Part shown: positions 38,375 to 47,273 of the stretch, one piece after another | Position numbering within the stretch: position 1 is the first letter of the stretch | Layout of the letters: every line of letters starts with the position of its first letter | Translations under genes and position numbers: made by a program | Notes under the pieces: generated by a model | The model's database searches: none | What the model was told of the DNA's origin: nothing | What the model saw: the letters and a program-made list of their open reading frames with translations, nothing else | Source of the DNA: Ostreococcus lucimarinus | Taxonomy: Eukaryota | NCBI GenBank assembly: GCA_000092065.1 | Contig: CP000599.1 | Length of the DNA: 64,000 nucleotides | Strand: one strand, 5' to 3'

Positions 38375-39601
38375 TCATTCTTTGCGCCAGAACTGCGCTC
38401 GCCGCCAGAGCGATGGCTTGTTCGGCGCGTCGATCGCCGATGCGTCCAGCGGCGGCGGCGGCGAGTAGCGCGCCGTCGTTTCTTCGTAAAACAGGCTCAA
38501 GAGCTCGCGAAAGCCTAAAGTGAAGAGAAAGCTCAAAACTAATCCGCACACCAGCAAGGCGAACGTCGCCGCGCGTTCGAGCGGCGTCCCGAGCACCCAC
38601 ACGCGATCGAACGCCGCGCCGTTGATGAATCCCGCCGCGGCTTCGCCCACGGTCGTCGCTTCCGCGCCGAGCATGAGGTTCGGCAGCGACGGGACGCACG
38701 CCACGAAAGCTCCGACGGTGCCGCACACGAGTGCGGCGCACACGGTGGAGCACAAAAACGTCGTCTTCATCAACAGCACGCGATATCCGTACATCAACTC
38801 TCGCGAACGCGCCATCGCCTCGCGAGGCGTCTTTCCCTCGTTCACCAGCACCGGACCCGCGACGGCGAAATCTAGAAGTTTAATCAATCCCAAGTACGGA
38901 ATCGGAACGGTGATGAGCGAATTCCACGCGACGGACGCCAGCCGTCGTAAATCCAACACGCACAACGACGCCAAAACCCCTCTCGCGTCCTTCAACTCCC
39001 CGTGCGCCGCCCTCACCGACCACCCCATCGAATTCACCGCCGCGAGCGCCCCGCGTCGATCCGAGCGCGCCTCTCCCTCTTTCTCTCCCTCGCGCCGCAA
39101 CACGCACGTTCGCGCGTACTGCGCGCACGCGAACTTCCACGCCGCCACCCCCAGCGCGAACGCCGCCGCCACGATCGGCACCTCGTGCGCCCTGAACAGC
39201 GCCAGCGCGAACGTCCCTCCCAGATTCACGCTCTGCGCCCACGCGCCCGCGACGAGCGCAAGCGTCAGCGCGCGTCCCGTCCGCGCGCGCGTTCGCGCGA
39301 GCGCCGCCGCCGTCGCCCCGATCGCCGTCGCCAGCGCGTCCTCCTCCCGCGTCGCCCGCGTCGTCGTCGTCGTCCCGCGCGTCGTTCTTCGCGTCGCCGT
39401 CGCCGTCGCCGTCGCCGTCGTCGTCGCCGCGCGCGTCGTCGTCGTCGTCGGTCGTCGCGTTCGCGCGCGCGTCTCGCGCGTCGTCGTCGTCGCGCGCGCG
39501 CCGACCCGCGCGACGCGCGGACGCGATCGCGAAGAACGTCGCGCGATCGCGCGCGAGACCGTCGGCGCGATCGACGCGCGCGCGACGGTCGTCGTCGCCA
39601 T
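38375..39601 (-). CDS. Polytopic membrane protein with a Thr/Ala/Arg-rich presequence (hypothetical, possibly plastid envelope/thylakoid)
   Basis: N-terminus MATTTVARASIAPTVSRAIARRSS...TTTTTRAATTTATATATATRR. At least six hydrophobic helices (LTLALVAGAWAQSV..., VAAAFALGVAAWKFA..., FLCSTVCAALVCGTVGAFVACV..., FALLVCGLVLSFLFTLGF). Confidence 0.4.
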   Translation of the reverse strand: MATTTVARASIAPTVSRAIARRSSRSRPRVARVGARATTTTRETRARTRRPTTTTTRAATTTATATATATRRTTRGTTTTTRATREEDALATAIGATAAALARTRARTGRALTLALVAGAWAQSVNLGGTFALALFRAHEVPIVAAAFALGVAAWKFACAQYARTCVLRREGEKEGEARSDRRGALAAVNSMGWSVRAAHGELKDARGVLASLCVLDLRRLASVAWNSLITVPIPYLGLIKLLDFAVAGPVLVNEGKTPREAMARSRELMYGYRVLLMKTTFLCSTVCAALVCGTVGAFVACVPSLPNLMLGAEATTVGEAAAGFINGAAFDRVWVLGTPLERAATFALLVCGLVLSFLFTLGFRELLSLFYEETTARYSPPPPLDASAIDAPNKPSLWRRAQFWRKE

Positions 39602-39642
39602 CGCGCGCGTCGCGCCGTGCGGGCGGCGACGGCGACGCGCGT

Positions 39643-40026
39643 CCGCGCGAAGGGTCTCGCGCGCCTTCTAATACGTGACAAAACGTCGTACTGTAGGAAG
39701 ACGACGGGCATGTGTGCGACGCGCCGTGCGGTCGTCGTCCGCGCGAACCGTCTCGCGCGCCTTCTAATACGTAATAAAACGTCGTACTGTAGGAAGACGA
39801 CGGCCATGTGTGCGACGCGCCGTGCGGTCGTCGTCCGCGCGAACCGTCTCGCGCGCCTTCTAATACGTAATAAAACGTCGTACTGTAGGAAGACGACGGC
39901 CATGTGTGCGACGCGCCGTGCGGTCGTCGTCCGCGCGAACGGTCTCGCGCGCCTTCTAATACGTGACAAAACGTCGTACTGTAGGAAGACGACGGCGATG
40001 TGTGCGACGAGGGGAAAGAAGCGCGA
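39643..40026. repeat. Minisatellite: 4 tandem copies of a 96-bp unit in a divergent promoter
   Basis: Unit tctcgcgcgccttctaatacgt(g/a)a(c/t)aaaacgtcgtactgtaggaagacgacgg(g/c)catgtgtgcgacgcgccgtgcggtcgtcgtccgcgcgaac(c/g)g begins at about 39655, 39751, 39847 and 39943. Confidence 0.9.
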
Positions 40027-40249
40027 CCGGCGCGTCGGCGCGTCACTCGGCGACGTCGCGAGGCGCGCGCGCGGTCGACGACCTCGAGCGACGCGCGCGA
40101 AGGGCGCGTCGACCGAGCGCCGACGCGAGGACGCCGTCGCGACGCCGTCGCGACGCCGTCGAGACTCGAATCGGATTTGAATTGAAGATTTGAAGATTTG
40201 AAGATTTGAATTCGCGACGCGACGCGACGGGACGGGACGGGACGGGACG

Positions 40250-41026
40250 ATGGAGAGCGAGCGCGCGGTGCGCGCGATGGCGCCGGCGCGGGACGATGAG
40301 AACGCGATGGTGCGCGGGAAAGCGGCGCGCGCGAGCGGGCGCGAAAGCGCGGGACTTGGGGTCGGGAAGACGGCGGCGGCGAAGACGCCGGGGCGAGCGG
40401 CGCTGGGGAACATCACGAACGTCGGCGTCGGGGGGCGAGGCGCGAGCGAACGCGCGCGGGCGAAGGAGGGGAGCGAGGGCGTGAGGGCGCGACAGAGCGC
40501 GAGGGCGGGCGAGGCGAAGAGGGCGGAGGCGGAGTCGTCGTCGTTTTTGGAGAGCGTCAAGGCGAAGTTGACGCCGGCGGAGGCCGTAGAGATTCGGCGA
40601 CTCGCCGAGCGGTACGTGGATGAAACGGACGATATCGAATACTTTGCGGGAAAGACGCGGGAGGAGCAAATGAAGGAGTTAGAGGCGACGCAACGCGCCG
40701 ACGTGGAGGCGCGCGTACGCGATTTGCTCGGCGACGGTCGAGGGTACGGGCCCTCGTCCGTTCCGGCGCGCTCGACGAGCGCGGATGACGCTTTCTTCCA
40801 GACCGGCGTGAAGCATTTGAAGTTAGCCGACGACGTGGGCGCGGGATCGTTCGAGTTGGGGATGACCAAGGACGACGAGTTGGATTTGTGCAACTTTATG
40901 AGTCCGTCCAAGGCGATGGGCGACGACGACTACGACGACGGCATGGATTTGCTCCGCTCGGCGCCGTCGATCGATGAGGCTTTGGCATTTTTGGACGACG
41001 ATATCGATGCCATGCTCGCGGCGTGA
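40250..41026 (+). CDS. Hypothetical acidic protein with a cyclin-B/securin-type destruction box (RAALGNITN)
   Basis: KTPGRAALGNITNVG matches the RxxLxxxxN D-box. The remainder is coiled-coil/acidic. No cyclin fold recognised. Confidence 0.35.
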   Translation: MESERAVRAMAPARDDENAMVRGKAARASGRESAGLGVGKTAAAKTPGRAALGNITNVGVGGRGASERARAKEGSEGVRARQSARAGEAKRAEAESSSFLESVKAKLTPAEAVEIRRLAERYVDETDDIEYFAGKTREEQMKELEATQRADVEARVRDLLGDGRGYGPSSVPARSTSADDAFFQTGVKHLKLADDVGAGSFELGMTKDDELDLCNFMSPSKAMGDDDYDDGMDLLRSAPSIDEALAFLDDDIDAMLAA

Positions 41027-41246
41027 GTTTGCGGTGTGAATGAAGTAATAGTAGAGAGTAGCGCGCGAGAGACGCGCCGCTCGCAAAGACGACGCGCGAT
41101 TTTGTATCTCATCTTGTAAGCGATCGCTCAGTAGTGATGAATATCGCAACCACCGCGCGGCGGGTTGGTTTTTGCCGCGAATATGTGATTACCTAATAAT
41201 GTCTAGTGCGCCGCGACTAAGATTCAGGACTTAGCGTCGGCTTCGC

Positions 41247-42554
41247 TCAACGCCGCCGCCCGCGGCGCGAGAAGAGTCGACGCCAGATGGATTTTTTTCG
41301 TGACTTTTCCCGCGCTCCCGCGTCGTCGTCACGACGCTCGGGTGTGATCCACGGATGTTTCAACGCCTGGCGCGCCGTCAACCGCTCGTTTGGATCGCGT
41401 TCGAGGACGCGTGTCATGAAATCTGTAAAGCCGTCGTCTCCGAGCCGTGCAATTTCGCCGAGGTCTACGCTTTCGCGAAGCACTTTTTGGTACGTATCCC
41501 ACGCACCGTCGGCTTGGTAAAAGTACCGTCCCGTCGCTAACGCGTGAAGCGTCATTCCGAGCGCCCAAACGTCGGCTTTGAACCCATCGCACGGTTCGCC
41601 CTCGCAACACTCGGGGGCGGTGAACGCGGGCGTTCCCGGAGTTTTCCCCACGAATTCGTGCGTCCGCTCGAGCTCCGACGCGTTGGCGTTCGTTTTCGCG
41701 TTCGCTTTTGCTTTCGCCCGCGCCTTCGCCTCGCGTCGACTCCCCACTACGATCGGTTTCACGCGTGTCGCGCACCCGAAATCCCCGAGCTTGTACGCGC
41801 CGCTCGCGCTCGCGAAGATGTTTTGCGGCTTGACGTCGTAATGCGCGATGTTTCGCGCGTGACACGTCCGCAGCGCGCGCAAAATATCCCGCGCGATCGC
41901 CTTCACGTCCGATAAATCAAACCTCTCGAACGTGTCGCGCTCATCGTCCACCACGCTCCCGCGCTCGCAATATTCCATCACGATTTTCGCCGTCGACTCC
42001 CGCGCGTCGTTCACCCACTCGTACGCTTGCACCACGTTCGCGCACCGACACTCGCTCTGCATCCTTATCTCTTCCTCCGCCGCGTCCAACAGCGTTCGCG
42101 ACGATCCCACGCGCACGTTCGCCAATTTTCTTTTATTCAACTCCTTCACCGCGTACGCGTTCGCGCGCCCGCGCCCGCTCGTCGTCGTCGCCGTTTCCTC
42201 CCTCCCCGTCGTCCCCGTCGCCTCCGTCCCCGTCCCCGTCCTCGTCCTCGTCCCATCCGTCGTTTCGCTCTTTTCGCTCGCGTATTTGTACACCTCGCCG
42301 TACGCGCCTCGTCCGAGCGTCTCGCCTCGCGTCCCGTACGCGCGACGCATTCGCCTCGACGTTCGCCGCGCGCCGCCGCGCGCCGTTCGCCGACCGCCCG
42401 TCGCCGCGCGTCGTCCGCAGCACGTCCGCGCGAGGGCGTCGCTCGAGCTCGAGTCCGCGCTCGAGTCCGCGCTCGAGTCCGACGACGCCGTCGCGCGCGT
42501 CGGCATGGACGGTCGACGACTCGACGCGTCGCGTCGTGACGATCGCGGCATCGA
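41247..42554 (-). CDS. Ser/Thr protein kinase (non-RD: HYD catalytic loop); N-terminal start uncertain
   Basis: LGRGAYGEVYKY glycine loop, AVKEL, IAHYDVKPQNIF catalytic loop, LGDFGCA, TAPE, DVWALGMTL. The ORF extends to 42638 using a GTG. ATG candidates are at 42554, 42506 and 42350. Confidence 0.6.
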   Translation of the reverse strand, partial: SMPRSSRRDASSRRPSMPTRATASSDSSADSSADSSSSDALARTCCGRRAATGGRRTARGGARRTSRRMRRAYGTRGETLGRGAYGEVYKYASEKSETTDGTRTRTGTGTEATGTTGREETATTTSGRGRANAYAVKELNKRKLANVRVGSSRTLLDAAEEEIRMQSECRCANVVQAYEWVNDARESTAKIVMEYCERGSVVDDERDTFERFDLSDVKAIARDILRALRTCHARNIAHYDVKPQNIFASASGAYKLGDFGCATRVKPIVVGSRREAKARAKAKANAKTNANASELERTHEFVGKTPGTPAFTAPECCEGEPCDGFKADVWALGMTLHALATGRYFYQADGAWDTYQKVLRESVDLGEIARLGDDGFTDFMTRVLERDPNERLTARQALKHPWITPERRDDDAGAREKSRKKSIWRRLFSRRGRRR

Positions 42555-42637
42555 TCGGTGACGGGGCGTCGCGAAAAAGTCGGTCGGTCGGGCGGTCGGC
42601 GATGGATGTTCTGGTGCGTCGAATGCGTTCTCACGCA

Positions 42638-42658
42638 CCCTAAACCCTAAACCCTAAA
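42638..42658. promoter_or_regulatory. Interstitial telomere-like array (CCCTAAA)x3 = telo-box (AAACCCTAA) followed by an A9 tract, 5 nt upstream of the CXC gene ATG
   Basis: gcaccctaaaccctaaaccctaaaaaaaaaATGagt read directly. It is the C-strand orientation of the terminal TTTAGGG repeat. Confidence 0.85.
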
Positions 42659-42663
42659 AAAAA

Positions 42664-43929
42664 ATGAGTACATCTACGATGTACTCAAGTCCATCATCGC
42701 GCCACGGAATCGATCGCCGACGCGGACGGCGAATCGATCGCGTCGCGCGTCACGTCGCGTCGCGCGCGAAACGACGATCGCGCATGCGCGCGGGCGACGA
42801 CGCGATAGCGTCCGCGTCGCCGCGCTCGATCGCGGCGCGCGCTTCGACGCCGCGCGATTCGGCGTCGCAGAGAAAGCGGTGCAACTGTAAAAATTCAAAA
42901 TGTCTCAAGCTGTACTGCGAGTGCTTCGCGAGCGGGAAGTACTGCGACGCGTGCAACTGCGCGGGGTGCAAGAACAACGACGAACACGCGCACGAGCGAC
43001 AGTCGGCGATCGAACAGACGCTGGAGCGGAATCCGAACGCGTTTCGACCGAAAATCATCAATCAGACGACGAACGGGACGCTCGACGGCGCGGGCGCGGG
43101 CGACGGCGCGACGACGGAGGCGAGGCACAATCGTGGGTGTCACTGTAAACGGAGCGGGTGCTTGAAAAAGTATTGCGAGTGCTTTCAGGCGGCGATATAT
43201 TGCGTGGAACGGTGTCGGTGCGCGGAGTGTAAGAATTTCGAGGGGAGCGAGGCGCACGAGGAGGTGAAGCGAACGCACGGACCCGACGCGAGGTTTCACG
43301 ATCACGCGAGTGCGGTGGCGTCGCCGAGCCCGGGGCGGAGGAAGATGCTCGCGACGCAACAGACGATGAGCGGGCGCGAGGGCGGACACGCGCTCGTTCA
43401 GGCGTCGCCGAAGCGTGGAAATCAGAGGGCGTCGATGGAGAGCGATTCGAGCGGCGGCGGCGAACGCGGGGCGTCGTCGCGGTATCAGAAGCGCGCGCCG
43501 TCGCGCGAAGCGGTGTCGGTGCCGTTGATGCATAATCTGGTGCAGCAAGGCGCGGTGGAGGAACTGGCGCGCATTTTACTCTGCGTCGCGGATGAGACGA
43601 AGGCGTCGACGCCGAGCGACGGCGCTCGCGTCGGCGTCGCCGCCGTCGCCGAGCTCGCGGCGAACGCGACGAACGAACGTCACGGAAACGACGCGAAGGA
43701 CGATGATGAAACTTTAGACGATTTGATGTGCGACGAAGCCGCGGATGAGATTCGAGGCGCCGCGAAAGTCGCCGCGAGCCACGCCGCCGCCAAAGCCGCG
43801 TACGCCGACCGCGAGCGCGCGCTCTTGGGCGAGCTCGAGCGCGTGGTTTCGCGCCTGACGCACAACGCCAAGGCGCGCGTGGAGCACGCGAAGAAGCAGC
43901 AGCGCGCGGTGAAGCAGCGCGTGGCGTAG
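42664..43929 (+). CDS. Tesmin/TSO1-like CXC-domain protein (LIN54 family, DREAM/MuvB-type DNA binding)
   Basis: Two CXC modules: [36 protein letters not shown] and [37 protein letters not shown]. The spacer RNPNAFRPK is typical of this family. Confidence 0.7.
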   Translation: MSTSTMYSSPSSRHGIDRRRGRRIDRVARHVASRAKRRSRMRAGDDAIASASPRSIAARASTPRDSASQRKRCNCKNSKCLKLYCECFASGKYCDACNCAGCKNNDEHAHERQSAIEQTLERNPNAFRPKIINQTTNGTLDGAGAGDGATTEARHNRGCHCKRSGCLKKYCECFQAAIYCVERCRCAECKNFEGSEAHEEVKRTHGPDARFHDHASAVASPSPGRRKMLATQQTMSGREGGHALVQASPKRGNQRASMESDSSGGGERGASSRYQKRAPSREAVSVPLMHNLVQQGAVEELARILLCVADETKASTPSDGARVGVAAVAELAANATNERHGNDAKDDDETLDDLMCDEAADEIRGAAKVAASHAAAKAAYADRERALLGELERVVSRLTHNAKARVEHAKKQQRAVKQRVA

Positions 43930-44149
43930 CGTAGCAAAAGAGTAGCGGCGCTCCACCGTCGACGATTTGTAGCGACGCCGAGCAACGAAAGCGCCTCATC
44001 CTCCACACTCGCGCGCGCTCGGACGCCGTTTGCGACGTCCGACGCCGTGTAAAAACGAAAACACATCACACATCGCGTCGCACGTCGGTCGGCGCCCTAC
44101 CTCGCGCGCTCGAGCGCGTCGTTTGAGGCGCGAAAGCGTTCGTCAGGGC

Positions 44150-45940
44150 ATGTCCGCTTCATCCCTTTCGACGCCTCGAACGTCGCGCGTTCGCCGTTTC
44201 ACCGCGCGCGATCGCGCGTTTCAACGCCGACGATGCGGCGCGCGCCGCGCGCGCGCGTCGAGCGACGCGGCGACGACGAGAATCGCGCTCGACCGCGTCG
44301 AAAAGGCGAAAGAGACCAAACGCTTGGACCTGAGCGGGCTCGGCTTGCGAGAGATTCCGGGCGAAGCGCGAGAATTGAGCGATTTGATCGAATTGCAGGT
44401 GTCGAATAATTTATTGTACGAAATACCGGGCGATTTGATCGCGAGGTTTGAGAAATTGGAGCGATTGGGATGCGCCGGGAATCGCCTGCGAGCGCTGCCG
44501 CGCGAGGTCGGGGGGTTGAAGTCGTTGCGGGGAATCTGGGCGCACGGGAATTTGTTGAATCGCGTGCCCGAAGAGATTGGCAATTGTGAGAGTTTGCGAA
44601 ATTTAGTGCTCGGGGGCAATCGCCTGCGCGAGCTGCCGAAGACGTTGGGGAACTTGAAGAACTTGGAAGAGCTTTCGGCGCCGGGAAATCAGCTGACGTC
44701 GCTGCCGGATTTGGGATCGATGCCGCTGTTGCGAGAGATTGATTTACACGGGAACGCGATAGAGGCGTTACCGGAAGATATGTCGGGCCTAAAAGCGCTG
44801 GAGACGCTGAGCTTACAAGGGAACAAGCTGAAGACGATTCCCAAGAGCGCCGCGACGCTGCGACGTTTGCGGGCGTTGAATTTAGCCGAAAACGTCGTCG
44901 AACGACTTCCGAGCGAAATATCTGAGATGACGATGTTGACATCGCTTTGGTTGTACTCAAACGCCTTGAAAGAGTTACCGGAGACGATGAAAAAGATGCC
45001 GTCGCTTCGTCAGCTGTGGATCGAGGGCAACCCGGAGATTGCGGTCGACGGCGCGCTCGACGACTTTGTCGCCGCGATGGCGGGTCACAAGACGCTGAAA
45101 ACGCTCGGCGTCGACCAACACCAGATCGCGCGCTCAAAAACGCGCGATGAATTCGTTTCAGAGGCGGAAATCCCCGAAGAGGCCCCGGATGGATACTTCA
45201 AGCTCGTGCGATGGGACTCGGCGAATGGCGACTCGCGCGCGCCCGTACTCATCGTATCGTTTGGAAGCGCCCCGGGCGTGCCCAACTGGGGCGGATTGTT
45301 GAAAAAACTTCAAAAGAACGCGAAAAGTGGGGACACGTACGACGTGCTGTACGTGTGCGACGTCGAGAGATCGTGGTACATGTCCAACGTCATGAGTGTC
45401 GATCAAGACGCCGAGTTTGAGCGATGGTCATCCTATCTGCGAAATGCGTGCGAAAACTACGAGCGCGTGCTGTACATCGGTGATTCTATGGGCGCAAGCG
45501 CGTCGTTGATGTTCGCCGAGCACGCCACGCGCGTGCTAGCTTTTTGCCCGCAAGTCGATTTATACGCTGCGAGCATACGCCCGTCGCGCTCGCAAGCGTG
45601 GTTTCGCCGTTTCAAGCGCGTGCTCACGTCTGGTCTCGAGAAATCCGCCGCGAAAGTGTCTGTCCACACAGGCTCGTGGGATCACGACAAACATCAAGCT
45701 TCGCTGCTACCACAAACCAAGATTGAGCACGTGGTGCATCGCGTGGATTCGCACAGACTCGCTCTAGCGCTCGACGGCGAAGAGAAATTGTTGCCGATCA
45801 TCCAGGGCGCTTTTGAGAGCGAAATCGCGATCGCGCGCGGTGAAGTCGCCGTATCCGCTAGCGGCGATGGCGCGAACGTGGGTAAGTCTCACAGCGCGTT
45901 AGATGCGTTCGCGCCTTGGCAAAGTATAGAACTCAAGTAG
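44150..45940 (+). CDS. Leucine-rich-repeat protein fused to a C-terminal alpha/beta-hydrolase-like domain
   Basis: About 14 LRRs (LxxLxLxxNxLxxLP...: LDLSGLGLREIPGEA, LQVSNNLLYEIPGDL, LGCAGNRLRALPREVG...). C-terminal VLIVSFGSAPG...YVCDVERSWYM...YIGDSMGASASLMFAEH (GxSxG elbow GDSMG). Confidence 0.6.
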   Translation: MSASSLSTPRTSRVRRFTARDRAFQRRRCGARRARASSDAATTRIALDRVEKAKETKRLDLSGLGLREIPGEARELSDLIELQVSNNLLYEIPGDLIARFEKLERLGCAGNRLRALPREVGGLKSLRGIWAHGNLLNRVPEEIGNCESLRNLVLGGNRLRELPKTLGNLKNLEELSAPGNQLTSLPDLGSMPLLREIDLHGNAIEALPEDMSGLKALETLSLQGNKLKTIPKSAATLRRLRALNLAENVVERLPSEISEMTMLTSLWLYSNALKELPETMKKMPSLRQLWIEGNPEIAVDGALDDFVAAMAGHKTLKTLGVDQHQIARSKTRDEFVSEAEIPEEAPDGYFKLVRWDSANGDSRAPVLIVSFGSAPGVPNWGGLLKKLQKNAKSGDTYDVLYVCDVERSWYMSNVMSVDQDAEFERWSSYLRNACENYERVLYIGDSMGASASLMFAEHATRVLAFCPQVDLYAASIRPSRSQAWFRRFKRVLTSGLEKSAAKVSVHTGSWDHDKHQASLLPQTKIEHVVHRVDSHRLALALDGEEKLLPIIQGAFESEIAIARGEVAVSASGDGANVGKSHSALDAFAPWQSIELK

Positions 45941-46060
45941 AATTCGTTGTCGGCGGCGTTTGTTTGTTCGCGCGGGGTAAAAGTTCGTCGCGTCGCGCGT
46001 TTCGCGCCGAATTTCTCATCTCTAATATCATGTACATCATTTCTACGCGTCTACTATTTT

Positions 46061-46617
46061 TCACGATTTTTTCAAAGCCTTGGCGATGGCGAACGCGAGG
46101 GTCGGCGGGGCGAGCTCGGACGCCGTCTCGCCGTGCGCGTTTCGAAGCGTGGCATCCGCGCCGTGTCGTAACAGCGCATCCACCGCGTGCTTGCGATTGA
46201 ACAAGCACGCCAAGTGTAACAACGTCATCCCAGAATTATCCTTCGCGTTTACATCCACGCCATGTTCGTCGAGAAGACGCTCGAGCCCGATCGCGTCGTT
46301 CGCCTTGATGGCTTCGCGCGCGCCCGCGCTCGAGGCGTCGTACGACGCCAAACCGTCGTTCCCGTTCGCGACACCACCATTCGTCGTGAGAAGCGTCGCA
46401 CGATTCAACATAAACGACGACGTGGCCATCGGCGTCGTTTGCATCGTCGTCGTTCGCGTCGTCGTCTCTCGCATCTCCTCCTCTTCGAACGCGCTCCCGC
46501 TCGAATCGTCCCTCCGCGCCTCCCCTTCCCCTCGTTCGCCCAGCGCGTCGCTCGTCCCGTGCACGCGCATCGTCGATCGCAGTAAACTCTCCAAACCACC
46601 ACCACGCCTCGGAATCG

Positions 46618-46648
<31 letters not shown>

Positions 46649-47191
46649 CTCACCCGCGCTCGCGCCGTTGTCTCGTTCGCCGTCCGTCCTCGAGCCTTCG
46701 ACCCCTCCCGCGTCACCTCTCACCCCCAGCGTCGCCCGTTCCCGCGCCCCTCCCGTTCCCGCGCTCGTAAAAAATTCCACGACCTCATCGCACGCGCGCA
46801 ATTCCCGATCGCGTCCCACGGCGTCGAGTATGAACTGAAATCCTTCCCTGCGCGTCTCGCGCACCGCCGGCGTTCGCACCAGCGCCTTCTTCGGCATCGT
46901 CGGCAATCGCGCCTCGTGCCTTCCTCGCGCCGTCAGCGCGCGATGCAGCGCTTCGAACGCGCTGTACCGCTTGTGCGCGCGAAACGTCACCGCCTCGCGC
47001 GTCGTCGTCCGGTCGTCGTCGCAATCTTTCTCGTTCCCATCGTCGTCATCGGTTTTCGCGCGCGCGCGCGCGATGGCGACGTACCGAGGCACGTCCGTGA
47101 CGAGCGCGACCTCGTAGTACTCCGTCGTCGTCGGCGCGCCCGTGTCGCGATCGACGAGCGGCGCGCCGTCGCCGACGACGACGCGAAACAT
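46061..47191 (-). CDS. PX (phox) domain protein with C-terminal ankyrin repeats
   Basis: PX: YYEVALVTD...RYSAFEALHRAL...LPTMPKKAL...RREGFQFIL. Ankyrin: DNSGMTLLHLACLFNRKHAVDALLRHGADATLRNAHGETASELA. Confidence 0.6.
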
Positions 47192-47273
47192 GTCGCGATG
47201 TGACGACGCCGGTCGCGACGCGACGCCCGCGCGTCACTCCTCGACGTCGCGCGCGTCTCGAGCGCGCGACCGC

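Noticed and set aside
39002-40180. 392-aa ORF (and the minus-strand counterpart 38880-40046) with four 32-aa repeats (RLARLLIRNKTSYCRKTTAMCATRRAVVVRAN).
   Set aside because: The repeats are simply the 96-bp minisatellite read in frame (96 = 32 codons). It lies in the divergent promoter and overlaps the 5' end of the membrane-protein gene. There is no splice or start context suggesting translation.
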